A stretch of DNA of 64,000 bases, from positions 17,298,001-17,362,000 of the forward strand of contig OZ024757.1 in NCBI GenBank assembly GCA_964016885.1. The letters run 5' to 3'. The stretch is from Eledone cirrhosa (taxonomy: Eukaryota). This document shows positions 40,683 to 54,334 of the stretch, piece by piece. The position numbers and the translations under genes were made by a program. Each line of letters starts with the position of its first letter. Position 1 is the stretch's first letter. Under the pieces are notes generated by a model. The model was not told the DNA's origin, ran no database searches, and was given only the letters and a program-made list of their open reading frames with translations.

Positions 40683-41320
40683 GGCATTTGGCAGTACCGG
40701 TAGAAGGTCGGACGCCATGCTTTCCAGCATAGTTATGTCCCTTTACGGTCTGAGTTCAAATCCCACCGCGGTTAACTTTGTCTTTCATCCTTACGGGGTC
40801 AATAAAATAAAGTACCAGTAATGCACTGGGGTAATTGCTGGCCTTGTGCCAAAAGTAGAAACAATTATTAAGCCTGGTGGGGGCCCATCCCTCTCCATTT
40901 CAAAGTACAGCAGGTTTCTTCCAGAGAAAGATGGAAAGTGAGAGAGAGGAAATGAGAAAGAAATATAGAGGAAGAATCAACCCCAGTACTAGACTGGTAC
41001 TTTTTTTATCAACCTCGAAAGGATGAAAGGCAAAGTTGACCTCGGCGGGATTTGAACTCAGACCATAAAGGACCGTAACCCTTTGCTTGCAAAGCATGGC
41101 GTCCGACCCTCTACCGATACTGCCAATCCACAAATTAATAATTGTTTCTACTTTAGGCACAAGGCCAGCAATTAACCAGTTCATTACTGGTACTTTATTT
41201 TATCGACCCCGTAAGGATGAAAGCAAAGTTGACCTCGGTGGGATTTGAGCTTCGAGAGCAGAGAGCCGGAATAAATACCATAAAGCATTCTATCAGACGT
41301 TCTAGCGACTCTGCCAATTT
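40683..41320. mobile_element. Cluster of SINE A copies (40683-40870 +, 40975-41130 -, 41135-41320 -)
   Basis: Shared CTTTCATCCTTACGGGGTC(A/G)ATAAAATAAAGTACCAG body and B-box. Confidence 0.85.
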
Positions 41321-41472
41321 GCTGTAGATTAATATAAAATACTAGTCCAGATTAGTGGATTGGCAGAATCAGTAGAGTATTGACTGATATGCTTTGTGAT
41401 ACTTTTGCTGGTTCTTTACATTCTGAGTTCAAATCCTTCTAAGGAAAACTGTGTCTTTTATCTTTCCATGGT

Positions 41473-42208
41473 CATCATCATCATCATCATCATCAACGTT
41501 TAACGTCCGTGTTCCACGCTTGCATGGGTTTGGATGGGGGTTTTCCCACTTGAGGCAAGAGTGGTTGTCTTGCTCGCATAGGACTGTCTGGCAGGGTTTT
41601 CTACAGCTGGATGCCCTTCCTAACACCAACCACATTTACAGTGTGGGGCTGGGAGGTTTTTACCGTGTTGCCTACACGGCCACATTACAGCGTGGACTGT
41701 CTGGCGGGTTTTCTACAGCTGGATGCCCTTCCTAACACCAACCACATTTACAGTGTGGGGCTGGGAGGTTTTTACCGTGTTGCCTACACGGCCACATTAC
41801 AGCGTGGACTGTCTGGCAGGTTTTCTACAGCTGGATGCCCTTCCTCACACCAACCACATTTACAGTGTGGGGCTGGGAGGTTTTTACCGTGTTGCCTACA
41901 CGGCCACATTACAGCGTGGACTGTCTGGCGGGTTTTCTACAGCTGGATGCCCTTCCTAACACCAACCACATTTACAGTGTGGGGCTGGGAGGTTTTTACC
42001 GTGTTGCCTACACGGCCACATTACAGCGTGGACTGTCTGGCAGGTTTTCTACGGCTGGATGCCCTACCTAACACCAACCACATTTACAGTGTGGGGTTGG
42101 GAGGTTTTTACCGTGTTGCCTACACGGCCACATTACAGCGTGGACTGTCTGGCAGGTTTTCTACAGCTGGATGCCCTTCCTAACACCAACCACATTTACA
42201 GTGTGGGG
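41473..42208 (-). mobile_element. SINE B 3' part with a 112-bp segment tandemly amplified about 5.5 times
   Basis: (CAT)n tail at 41473-41493. TTCTACAGCTGGATGCCCTTCC recurs every 112 bp from about 41599. Confidence 0.9.
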
Positions 42209-42699
42209 AAAGTCAAATACCAGTCCATATATACATAAATATACATTTAACACTCACTCTTTGATCACCAACAACTTTACAGAGCGTACGAGGTGCACTT
42301 TATCATGACACCTGTTCTAGTGAGGTTGTCATACACACACGCACACACATTCTATTTCACATATGATGATATACCTATACTACTGAGGTTGTCATACACA
42401 TTCACACACACATTATCTCTCTCTCACACACACGCATTCTCTCTCTCTCTCACACACATACTCTCTCTCTCTCTCTCTCTCACACACATATACTCTCTCA
42501 CGCACACACACACACATATTCTCACACACATTGTATTTCACAAACACACACACACACAACCAATAATAATAATAATACTCTAGTTTTCATTAAAAGGAAT
42601 GTCTGTATTTTCATTTAATCTGAATTTTATGTGAGCAGCAAAAAGCATTTATATTTGAATCTCTTTCAATGTGTTGACAAATATTTCAACAATTTCTCT

Positions 42700-43800
42700 C
42701 TTTCTTGAAATAAACCTGTAATATATGTGTGAAATATTACTGTGAAATATATATTGGTTTAGTTGAGCTTGTCTCACTTTGTCTCTTTCTGTTTCTATAT
42801 AAATATATCTATAATATGTGTGTGAAGTGTTACTGTGAAAAATATAGCACATCAGTTGACTGTCTGTGTGTTAATCTCTCTCTTTCTTGAAATATATTTA
42901 ATATATGTGTGAAGTATTACTGTGAAAAATATAGTAGATCAGTTGAGCTTGTGTCTGTCTGTTGATCTCCCTCTCTCTCTTTCTCTCTCTTTCTCGTAAT
43001 ATATCTGTAATATGTGTGTGAAGTATTACTATGAAAAATATAGTAGATCAGTTGAGCTTGTGTCTGTCTGACTGTCTGTCTGTTAATCTCCCCCCCTCTC
43101 TCTCTCTTTCTCTAAATATATCTGTAATATGTGTGTGAAGTATTACTGTGAAAAATATAGTAGATCAGTTGAGCTTGTATCTGTCTGACTGTCTGTCTGT
43201 TGATCTCCCTCTCTCTCTCTCTGTTTCTCTAAATATATCTGTAATATGTGTGTGAAGTATTACTGTGAAAAATATAGTAGATCAGTTGAGCTTGTGTCTG
43301 TCTGTCTGTTGATATCCCTCTCTCTCTTTCTCGTAATATATCTGTAATATGTGTGTGAAGTATTACTGTGAAAAATATAGCACATCAGTTGAGCTTGTAT
43401 CTGTCTGACTGTCTGTCTGTTGATCTCCCTCTCTCTCTCTCTCTTTCTCGTAATATATCTGTTATATGTGTGTGAAGTATTACTGTGAAAAATATAGCAC
43501 ATCAGTTGAGCTTGTGTCTGTCTGACTGTCTGTCTGTTGATCTCCCTCTCTCTCTTTCTCTCTCTTTCTCGTAATATATCTAATATATGTGTGAAGTATT
43601 ACTGTGAAAAATATAGCACATCAGTTGAGCTTGTGTCTGTCTGACTGTCTGTCTGTTGATCTCCCTCTCTCTCTCTTTCTCTAAATATATCTGTAATATG
43701 TGTGTGAAGTATTACTGTGAAAAATATAGTAGATCAGTTGAGCTTCTGTCTGTCTGTATGTCTGTCTGTCTGTCTGTCGATCTCTCTCTCTCTCTAAATC
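42700..43800. repeat. ~120-bp minisatellite (about 9 copies) with internal (CTGT)n/(CT)n
   Basis: GTGTGAAGTATTACTGTGAAAAATATAG recurs about every 120 bp. Confidence 0.9.
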
Positions 43801-44147
43801 TATATAACATATGTATGAAAAACTGATAGTTCACTTGATTCATTCTGTCTGCCTGGCTGTCTGTCTGTGTCTCTGTCTCTAGTCTCTCTCTTTCTCTAAT
43901 TCTTCTGTCCTTTCCATTTTCTCTCTCTCAATCTCTTTGTCTTTTTCTATCTCTTACTCTATTTCTCTCTCTCTGATTTATCTACTATCTCTCTCTTTGG
44001 ACTCTCTCTCTCTCTTTCTCTGCTTTCTCTTGTCTCTCTCTCCCTCTCCAGTCTATCTTTCACCTCTCATCACTGGAGAGTTAACATTGTACCTGTCTGA
44101 CTAGTAACAGCTATCACAATCTCTGATTTGTGACCTATATATATATT

Positions 44148-44179
<32 letters not shown>

Positions 44180-44232
44180 AGTAGTGTGTGTGTGCCTGTG
44201 TGTGTATATGTATGTTTGTGTGTGTGTATATG

Positions 44233-44267
<35 letters not shown>

Positions 44268-44447
44268 ATATATATGTGTGTGTGCGTGTGTGTGTATATA
44301 TATGTGTGTGTGCCTGTGTGTGTATATATATGTGTGTGTGCCTGTGTATGTATATATATATATGTGTGTGTGTGTGTATATATATGTGTGCCTGTGTGTG
44401 TATATGTATATGTGTGTGTGTATATATATATTTATATATGTGTGTGT

Positions 44448-44765
44448 CATCATCATCAACATTTAATGTCCATTTTTCCACACTAACAAGAGTTAGTGAG
44501 TTGTCCTGTTGTGAGACAAGTCAGGTCAGGTGACCATGTTTTGCTCATAGAGAAGTGATTCTGGCATGGTTTTCTACAGCTGGATGCCCTTCCTAATGCC
44601 AACCACATTACACTATGGACTGGGTACTTTTTGTTGTAACACCTACGTGATCACATTACACTGTGGACTGGGTGCTTTCTGCCATGACACCTACATGACC
44701 ACTTTACAGTGTGGGGTGGGCACTTTTTGTCATGTCACCAACACAACCACTGTACAGTGTGAACT
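44448..44765 (-). mobile_element. Old SINE B 3' part with about 3 diverged modules
   Basis: CATCATCAACATTTAATGTCC tail, CAGCTGGATGCCCTTCCTAATGCCAACC box and module remnants. Confidence 0.7.
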
Positions 44766-44839
44766 GGAGAGTTGGGTGGGGGGAGATGCAATAAGGTTTG
44801 GTGAGGTAGATCTAGGGATGGGTGAGGGGTGGGGAACAT

Positions 44840-45520
<681 letters not shown>

Positions 45521-46489
45521 GTCTCATGGTCAGGTCGTCGGCAACCCTGCAGGATGAAATACAAGACCCGGCAAAGGGCGGAAGAACTAAGCAGAGTCAA
45601 CGGCCATCCAAATAGAACTTCATTTTTTTTTTTTTTTCACCTGGTAGTGAAAGGCCCCCCCCCCCCCCCCCCCCCCCCAGTTGTCACAACACTTTTCTAG
45701 GAGAGGGAAACTCTGAAATAAAACCTGCGGCTTTGGAAGCATCCGATGATGTTGACCAGTTCTTCTCTTTGGGTAGTGTCTTCGATGATCAGAAAGTGGG
45801 ATTGGTCAAGTGCAAGGCCTTTCCCCATTTAAAAACACCTTCAAAGCACAGGCATTGCTTGTTCAGGATCTGTTACAGGTTTGTGTGGCTGGCCGTAGCC
45901 TAAAAGTGCACCAAACTCTATAATCCTCCAAACAACTTCAGTACTCTTAGCAGAGTTTGCAGCCACCATATATATATATGTGTGTGTGTGTGTGTGTATG
46001 CACGCATATGTGCGCACATATATTTTATGATTATTTTGTGGTACAAAAACTGAATTTATCTGGTGTTTGGAACATAACTTAACAGAGCTTTTTACATAAA
46101 ATTATGATGGAAAGTTTTTTAGATAAATATTTTAAACACTTTAACCATATTTTTTACCATATTTTTAATGAAAGACAATGCATATTATTTTGAAATAATT
46201 TTGAAAATAATCAAGATTTTTGAAGGATTTACTAATTTAACTGACTTTCCCATTATTACACTGGTATCTGTTATCATAACTTAACAAAGGTTTTTACATA
46301 AAATTAGATAAAATGTAAACACTTTAAAATAACCACCACCACCCTACACCAAAATATATTCTCACATACTCCCGTTCACACAGATACATACACATACACA
46401 CATACTCACACACACATACACATGCACATACAACACACACCACAAACACACTTTGACATGTACATACACACATTGATAAGTTGAACTCA

Positions 46490-46819
46490 AACACACACAC
46501 ACATATATATATATTTCTCTATTCACACACACACACACACATTTGTCTATTCACACACACATACATATCTGTCTATTCACACGCATACACACACATTTGT
46601 CTATTCACACACACATAAATTTGTCTATTCACACACACACGCATATCTATCTATTCGCACACACGCATGTTTATTCATACACACACACACTTATCTGTCT
46701 ATTCACACACACACACACACACATATCTATCTATTTACACACACACAAATCTGTCTATTCACACACACACACTTATATATGTCTATTCACACACACACAT
46801 ACACATATCTATCTATTCA

Positions 46820-46858
<39 letters not shown>

Positions 46859-47122
46859 CTATCTACACACACATACCTATCTATTCACACACACACACAC
46901 ATATCTGTCTATTTACACACACACACACATATCTGTCTATTCACACACACACACACACACATACATATATGTCTATTTACACACACACACACACACATAT
47001 CTGTCTATTCACACCCACACACACACAGACATCTGTCTATTCACACACACACACATATCTGTATATTCACACACACATATCTATCTATATACACACACAC
47101 ATATCTATCTATCTATACACAT
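46490..47122. repeat. CTGTCTATT(CA)n compound minisatellite
   Basis: Direct reading. Confidence 0.88.
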
Positions 47123-47257
47123 ACAGTAGCAATTATAACCCCACCTTATATAAATCCCTCATTCACCACACCATAACAACATCCGCCACACTTTATATAT
47201 AATGTCATAACCAACAGATAAAAAATTCCATGATATTTTGTGAATCTGTCAAATGTC

Positions 47258-48062
47258 ACATCAGGAATTATAATTATTCTCATTTCATTTATCACTCTTA
47301 CACATCTGAAATTATAATTATTATTATTCCATTTGTCTCTCCTTCACATCTGGAATTATAGTTATTATTATTCCATTTGTCTCTCCTACACATCTGAAAT
47401 TATAATTATTATTATTTCATTTGTCTCTCCTACACATCTGAAATTATAATTATTATTATTCCGTTTGTCTCTCCTACACATCTGAAATTATAATTATTAT
47501 TATTCCATTTGTCTCTCCTTCACATCTGGAATTATAATTATTATTATTCCATTTGTCTCTCCTACACATCTGGAATTATAATTATTATTATTCCATTTGT
47601 CTCTCCTTCACATCTGGAATTATAATTATTATTATTCCATTTGTCTCTCCTACACATCTGAAATTATAATTATTATTATTTCATTTGTCTCTCCTCCACA
47701 TCTGAAATTATAATTATTATTATTTAATTTGTCTCTCCTACACATCTGAAATTATAATTATTATTATTTCATTTGGCGGTGGATTGGCAGTATCGGTAGA
47801 GGGTCGGACGCCATGCTTTCCAGCATAGTTACGTCCCTTTACCATCTGAGTTCAAATCCCGCCGAGGTTGACTTTGCCTTTCATCCTTACCGGGTCGATA
47901 AAATAAAGTACCAGTAATACACTGGTTAATTGCTGGCCTTGTGCCTAAAGTAGAAACAATTATTATTTCATTTGTCTCTCCTACACATCTGAAATTATAA
48001 TTATTTCATTTGTCCCTCCTACACATCTGAAATTATAATTATTATTATTTCATTTATCTCCC
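47258..48062. repeat. 44-bp minisatellite interrupted by a SINE A insertion
   Basis: Unit CACATCTGAAATTATAATTATTATTATTCCATTTGTCTCTCCTA, period 44. Confidence 0.93.
47775..47964 (+). mobile_element. Young full-length SINE A (tRNA head, Deu/Nin-like central domain) with target-site duplication
   Basis: GGCGGTGGATTGGCAG...GAGTTCAAATCCC...GACTTTGCCTTTCATCCTTAC..GGTCGATAAAATAAAGTACCAG...GTAGAAACAATTATT. ATTATTATTTCATTTG lies on both sides. The domain name is recalled, not verified. Confidence 0.92.
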
Positions 48063-48118
48063 TTGTATAAAATAATTTCTGCAAAATATTCTTTTGTTCA
48101 TCCATTATTGAAAAAGGA

Positions 48119-48308
48119 GGCGGTGGATTGGCAGTATCGGTAGAGGGTCGGACGGCATGCTTTCCAGCATAGTTACGTCCCTTTACGATCTGAGTTCAAA
48201 TCCCGCCGAGGTTGACTTTGCCTTTCATCCTTACGGGGTCGATAAAATAAAGTACCAGTAATGCACTGGGTAATTGCTGGCCTTGTGCCTAAAGTAGAAA
48301 CAATTATT
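48119..48308 (+). mobile_element. Young full-length SINE A with target-site duplication
   Basis: Near-identical to the 47775 copy. ATTATTGAAAAAGGAGGC lies on both sides. Confidence 0.92.
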
Positions 48309-48366
48309 GAAAAAGGAGGCATTGGATTTTCAGAGTGATCTGAGTGAATGTGTTGGTTTTTCTGTT

Positions 48367-51300
48367 ATAGGTGTGGCCTGTAACAACAGGAACCTTGTGG
48401 AAGGCCAGCTAAACCTACATAGATGTGACCTGTAACAACAGGAACCTTGTGGAAGGCCAGCTAAACCTACATAGATGTGACCTGTAACAACAGGAACCTT
48501 GTGGAAGGCCAGCTAAACCTACATAGATGTGGCCTGTAACAACAGGAACCTTGTGGAAGGCCAGCTAAACCTACATAGGTGTGGCCTGTAACAACAGGAA
48601 CCTTGTGGAAGGCCAGCTAAACCTACATAGGTGTGGCCTGTAACAACAGGAACCTTGTGGAAGGCCAGCTAAACCTACATAGATGTGAACTGTAACAACA
48701 GGAACCTTGTGGAAGGCCAGATAAACCTACATAGGTGTGACCTGTAACAACAGGAACCTTGTGGAAGGCCAGCTAAACCTACATAGATGTGGCCTGTAAC
48801 AACAGGAACCTTGTGGAAGGCCAGCTAAACCTACATAGATGTGGCCTGTAACAACAGGAACCTTGTGGAAGGCCAGCTAAACCTACATAGGTGTGGTCTG
48901 TAACAACAGGAACCTTGTGGAAGGCCAGCTAAACCTACATAGGTGTGGCCTGTAACAACAGGAACCTTGTGGAAGGCCAGCTAAACCTACATAGATGTGG
49001 CCTGTAACAACAGGAACCTTGTGGAAGGCCAGCTAAACCTACATAGATGTGGCCTGTAACAACAGGAACCTTGTGGAAGGCCAGCTAAACCTACATAGGT
49101 GTGGCCTGTAACAACAGGAACCTTGTGGAAGGCCAGCTAAACCTACATAGGTGTGGTCTGTAACAACAGGAACCTTGTGGAAGGCCAGCTAAACCTACAT
49201 AGATGTGGCCTGTAACAACAGGAACCTTGTGGAAGGCCAGCTAAACCTACATAGATGTGGCCTGTAACAACAGGAACCTTGTGGAAGGCCAGCTAAACCT
49301 ACATAGATGTGAACTGTAACAACAGGAACCTTGTGGAAGGCCAGCTAAACCTACATAGATGTGAACTGTAACAACAGGAACCTTGTGGAAGGCCAGCTAA
49401 ACCTACATAGATGTGGCCTGTAACAACAGGAACCTTGTGGAAGGCCAGCTAAACCTACATAGATGTGAACTGTAACAACAGGAACCTTGTGGAAGGCCAG
49501 CTAAACCTACATAGATGTGGCCTGTAACAACAGGAACCTTGTGGAAGGCCAGCTAAACCTACATAGGTGTGACCTGTAACAACAGGAACCTTGTGGAAGG
49601 CCAGCTAAACCTACATAGGTGTGACCTGTAACAACAGGAACCTTGTGGAAGGCCAGCTAAACCTACAGAGGTGTGACCTGTAACAACAGGAACCTTGTGG
49701 AAGGCCAGCTAAACCTACATAGATGTGGCCTGTAACAACAGGAACCTTGTGGAAGGCCAGCTAAACCTACATAGGTGTGGCCTGTAACAACAGGAACCTT
49801 GTGGAAGGCCAGCTAAACCTACATAGATGTGGCCTGTAACAACAGGAACCTTGTGGAAGGCCAGCTAAACCTACATAGGTGTGGCCTGTAACAACAGGAA
49901 CCTTGTGGAAGGCCAGCTAAACCTACATAGATGTGGCCTGTAACAACAGGAACCTTGTGGAAGGCCAGCTAAACCTACATAGGTGTGGCCTGTAACAACA
50001 GGAACCTTGTGGAAGGCCAGCTAAACCTACATAGATGTGGCCTGTAACAACAGGAACCTTGTGGAAGGCCAGCTAAACCTACATAGGTGTGACCTGTAAC
50101 AACAGGAACCTTGTGGAAGGCCAGCTAAACCTACATAGGTGTGGCCTGTAACAACAGGAACCTTGTGGAAGGCCAGCTAAACCTACATAGGTGTGGCCTG
50201 TAACAACAGGAACCTTGTGGAAGGCCAGCTAAACCTACATAGGTGTGACCTGTAACAACAGGAACCTTGTGGAAGGCCAGCTAAACCTACATAGGTGTGG
50301 CCTGTAACAACAGGAACCTTGTGGAAGGCCAGCTAAACCTACATAGGTGTGGCCTGTAACAACAGGAACCTTGTGGAAGGCCAGCTAAACCTACATAGGT
50401 GTGGCCTGTAACAACAGGAACCTTGTGGAAGGCCAGCTAAACCTACATAGGTGTGGCCTGTAACAACAGGAACCTTGTGGAAGGCCAGCTAAACCTACAT
50501 AGATGTGAACTGTAACAACAGGAACCTTGTGGAAGGCCAGCTAAATCTACATAGGTGTGACCTGTAACAACAGGAACCTTGTGGAAGGCCAGCTAAACCT
50601 ACATAGGTGTGGCCTGTAACAACAGGAACCTTGTGGAAGGCCAGCTAAACCTACATAGGTGTGGCCTGTAACAACAGGAACCTTGTGGAAGGCCAGCTAA
50701 ACCTACATAGGTGTGGCCTGTAACAACAGGAACCTTGTGGAAGGCCAGCTAAACCTACATAGATGTGGCCTGTAACAACAGGAACCTTGTGGAAGGCCAG
50801 CTAAACCTACATAGGTGTGGCCTGTAACAACAGGAACCTTGTGGAAGGCCAGCTAAACCTACATAGGTGTGGCCTGTAACAACAGGAACCTTGTGGAAGG
50901 CCAGCTAAACCTACATAGATGTGGCCTGTAACAACAGGAACCTTGTGGAAGGCCAGCTAAACCTACATAGGTGTGAACTGTAACAACAGGAACCTTGTGG
51001 AAGGCCAGCTAAACCTACATAGGTGTGGCCTGTAACAACAGGAACCTTGTGGAAGGCCAGCTAAACCTACATAGATGTGGCCTGTAACAACAGGAACCTT
51101 GTGGAAGGCCAGCTAAACCTACATAGGTGTGAACTGTAACAACAGGAACCTTGTGGAAGGCCAGCTAAACCTACATAGGTGTGGCCTGTAACAACAGGAA
51201 CCTTGTGGAAGGCCAGCTAAACCTACATAGATGTGGCCTGTAACAACAGGAACCTTGTGGAAGGCCAGCTAAACCTACATAGGTGTGGCCTGTAACAACA

Positions 51301-52010
51301 GGAACCTTGTGGAAGGCCAGCTAAACCTACATAGATGTGGCCTGTAACAACAGGAACCTTGTGGAAGGCCAGCTAAACCTACATAGGTGTGGCCTGTAAC
51401 AACAGGAACCTTGTGGAAGGCCAGCTAAACCTACATAGATGTGAACTGTAACAACAGGAACCTTGTGGAAGGCCAGCTAAACCTACATAGGTGTGGCCTG
51501 TAACAACAGGAACCTTGTGGAAGGCCAGCTAAACCTACATAGATGTGGCCTGTAACAACAGGAACCTTGTGGAAGGCCAGCTAAACCTACATAGGTGTGG
51601 CCTGTAACAACAGGAACCTTGTGGAAGGCCAGCTAAACCTACATAGATGTGGCCTGTAACAACAGGAACCTTGTGGAAGGCCAGCTAAACCTACATAGGT
51701 GTGGCCTGTAACAACAGGAACCTTGTGGAAGGCCAGCTAAACCTACATAGATGTGAACTGTAACAACAGGAACCTTGTGGAAGGCCAGCTAAACCTACAT
51801 AGGTGTGGCCTGTAACAACAGGAACCTTGTGGAAGGCCAGCTAAACCTACATAGATGTGGCCTGTAACAACAGGAACCTTGTGGAAGGCCAGCTAAACCT
51901 ACATAGGTGTGGCCTGTAACAACAGGAACCTTGTGGAAGGCCAGCTAAACCTACATAGATGTGAACTGTAACAACAGGAACCTTGTGGAAGGCCAGCTAA
52001 ACCTACATAG
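48367..52010. repeat. 52-bp tandem satellite, about 70 copies; unit TGTAACAACAGGAACCTTGTGGAAGGCCAGCTAAACCTACATAG(G/A)TGTG(GC/AC/AA)C
   Basis: Period 52 (48379, 48431, ...). Variation is confined almost entirely to two adjacent sites. Confidence 0.98.
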
Positions 52011-52294
52011 AGGGTCGTAACTCTATGCATCAAAGCATCATGTCTGACCCTCTACTGATACTGCCAATGATAGGACTGGGGCCCCTATCATAAAAAACCC
52101 CAGGGAACCCTCCTATGAGATGCAACCTCATAGGAGGCCAACTAAACCTCCATAAATATGAGCTGTAACATAGGGGTCCCTATCATGAAAACACCAGAAG
52201 CCTCTGAGATGCAACCTCGTGGGAGGCCAGCTAAACCTATATAAGTGTGAGCTGTAACAACAACAGCAACATCATAGGAATGGAGCTTCTATGA

Positions 52295-52485
52295 TTAACC
52301 CTTTAGCATTTATATTACTATATATATACTATTGTATTTTCACATTAAAGGCTTAACCTCACATAATATCTCACATAATATCGAATCTATGAGATTTTGA
52401 TATTATCTGTTTTGAGATCAATATCTTAACATTAGTATGAGCAGCTGGTTACAATTGGTAACAGAAAGAGGTGAGATAATGCTGG
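52295..52485. mobile_element. Truncated piggyBac-like MITE
   Basis: TTAA-CCCTTTAGCATTTA left end; right TIR missing. Confidence 0.72.
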
Positions 52486-52537
52486 CCTTGTGTGTATGTA
52501 CCTCAGACTTAGACTGACTTAAAACATACAAACCCAA

Positions 52538-52853
52538 TCATCATCAGGTCGAGCTTGCTCGGCTTTCTACGACACGTTTCCTCCATCCATCTCTGTCTCT
52601 CATAGCGTTTGCCAGTTCTTCCGCAGTGCATCCAGTATCGTCCTCAAGTTGCTTGACGTATGTCTTCTTGGGATGACCAGCGTTTCTTGCTCCATGAGAT
52701 GGACTCCATAACAACACATCACCTGCTATTTCTTCCTTGCTGCGCCAACAGTGGCCAGCAAATCTGAGTCTCTGTCCACGTATTGACCTGCTGATAGGTG
52801 GTATGTTGCATTAGAGATCCTTATTTGTTGGGTGTTCCCTCCAAGACACGTTG
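52538..52853 (-). mobile_element. RTE-clade LINE 3' end (decayed ORF C-terminus, (TGA)n tail)
   Basis: NVSWREHPTNKDL*CNIPPISRSIRGQRLRFAGHCWRSKEEIAGDVLLWSPSHGARNAGHPKKTYVKQLEDDTGCTAEELANAMRDRDGWRKRV...*, containing the RLRFAGH and MRDRDGW motifs typical of RTE C-termini. Confidence 0.88.
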
Positions 52854-52970
52854 CTTGTTTATGGCTCTATCACAAACCTAATACCTTGTACTTACCTGTG
52901 TCATTGAGTCTCATTTATGAATAGTGCTCACCAATGTAAGTTTTTTACATGCATATTAACTTATGTATAT

Positions 52971-53400
52971 GGAGGCACATGGCTTAGTGGTTAGAGCATT
53001 GGCCTTGCAATCGAAAGGTTGTGAGTTCAATTCTCGGACCAGGTGATGTGTTGTTTCCTTGAGCAAGACACTTTATTTCACATTGCTCCAGTTTACTCAG
53101 CTGTAGAAATGAGATGATAGGACTGGGGTCCTTATCATTCCACTACAAAGTGGTCGTGGAGGTGCCACAGCAAAAAAAGCACCCAGCCTACACTGTAAAG
53201 TGGATCGTGGAGGTGCCACGGAAAAAAGCATCCAGCCCACACTGTAAAGTGGACATGGAGGTGTCACGGCAATAAAGCACCCAGCACTTACTGTAAATGA
53301 GGTTAGTGTTAGGAAGGGCATCCAGCTGTGGAAATCAAGCCAGAATCAGTTCCTGTCCCACCCTTGCAAGCAGGGAAAAAGCAGACGTAAAATGATGATG
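52971..53400 (+). mobile_element. Full-length SINE family B: tRNA head, body, 3 internal 48-bp modules, GGAAGGGCATCCAGC box, (GAT)n tail
   Basis: A-box TGGCTTAGTGG, B-box GAGTTCAATTC, modules at about 53147-53295, tail GACGTAAAATGATGATG. Confidence 0.88.
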
Positions 53401-54334
53401 TTGATATCTCCCTCAGACCTAGACTCACCTAGATCTTATAGAATTAACAGGTATATTTTTTACCTGGTGTCGTTGATCCACATTTATGATTGATGTATGT
53501 ATATTCTTCTGTATGTTTTATTAATTATTATTTTTATTAACTTCTCACCAGTTGAGCAAGAGCAGGTTTCTAACAAAGAAACAAGACTCTTTCTTTGGAA
53601 TTTAGACATCATCAACTAGGTAATTATGTGTGTATGTGTGTATGTGATTGTCTGTCTGTATGTATGTATGTGTCTGCGTGTGTGTATGTTTGTCAGTCTG
53701 TATGTATGTGTCTGTGTGTGATTGTATGCGTGCAAGTTTGTCCATGTGTGTGTGTGTGTGTGTGTGTCTGTCTGTTTGTATGTATGTATGTATGTATGTA
53801 TGTGTGTGTGTCTGTGCGATAGTATGTGTGTTTGCATGTCTGCATATATGTAAATACATACGTACATACGGATATATATATATATAAATAAATATACACA
53901 CGTATGTGAATAACTAACCAAGTTTTCTTAACTTTACTACCCTCTGATTCTCTTCTATAATTTAAATAACCCCCCCCCCACTACCCCCCCTTACTTAAAC
54001 CCAGTTTATTTTCCTGTTATATATTTACTGTCTATGTGGATGTCATTCCTTAACAGAATCCATGTTGTTGGTTTTTTCACATTAAATGAGATATTTTTAA
54101 GGACATTTAGAAATAATCCCTTCCCCCTCCTACCTACCCCTTACCTCTATCTCCCCCCCCCCCCCAGCTCCTACCTTCCTCTTCCACCCCCCTCATCCCT
54201 CTACATCTTGCCCTCTTCCCTCATCCTTGCCTCTTATCCTTCATTCCTCACTCTTCCTCCCTCTCACTTCTCCTCCCATATTGTCCCTCATACCTCACTC
54301 CTCCTCCTACCTAGCCTCCTCCAGCCCTCCATGG

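Noticed and set aside
45690-45960. Unique-looking segment considered as exon 2 of the host gene
   Set aside because: No phase-0 frame with an RVxF/YEYPS motif was found. The start (CTAGGAGAGGGAAACTCTGAA) resembles an RTE 5' UTR remnant.
52971-53045. tRNA genes at SINE heads (also 28711, 47775, 48119, 59698)
   Set aside because: A/B boxes are present, but I could not build a full cloverleaf, and each continues into a SINE body and tail.
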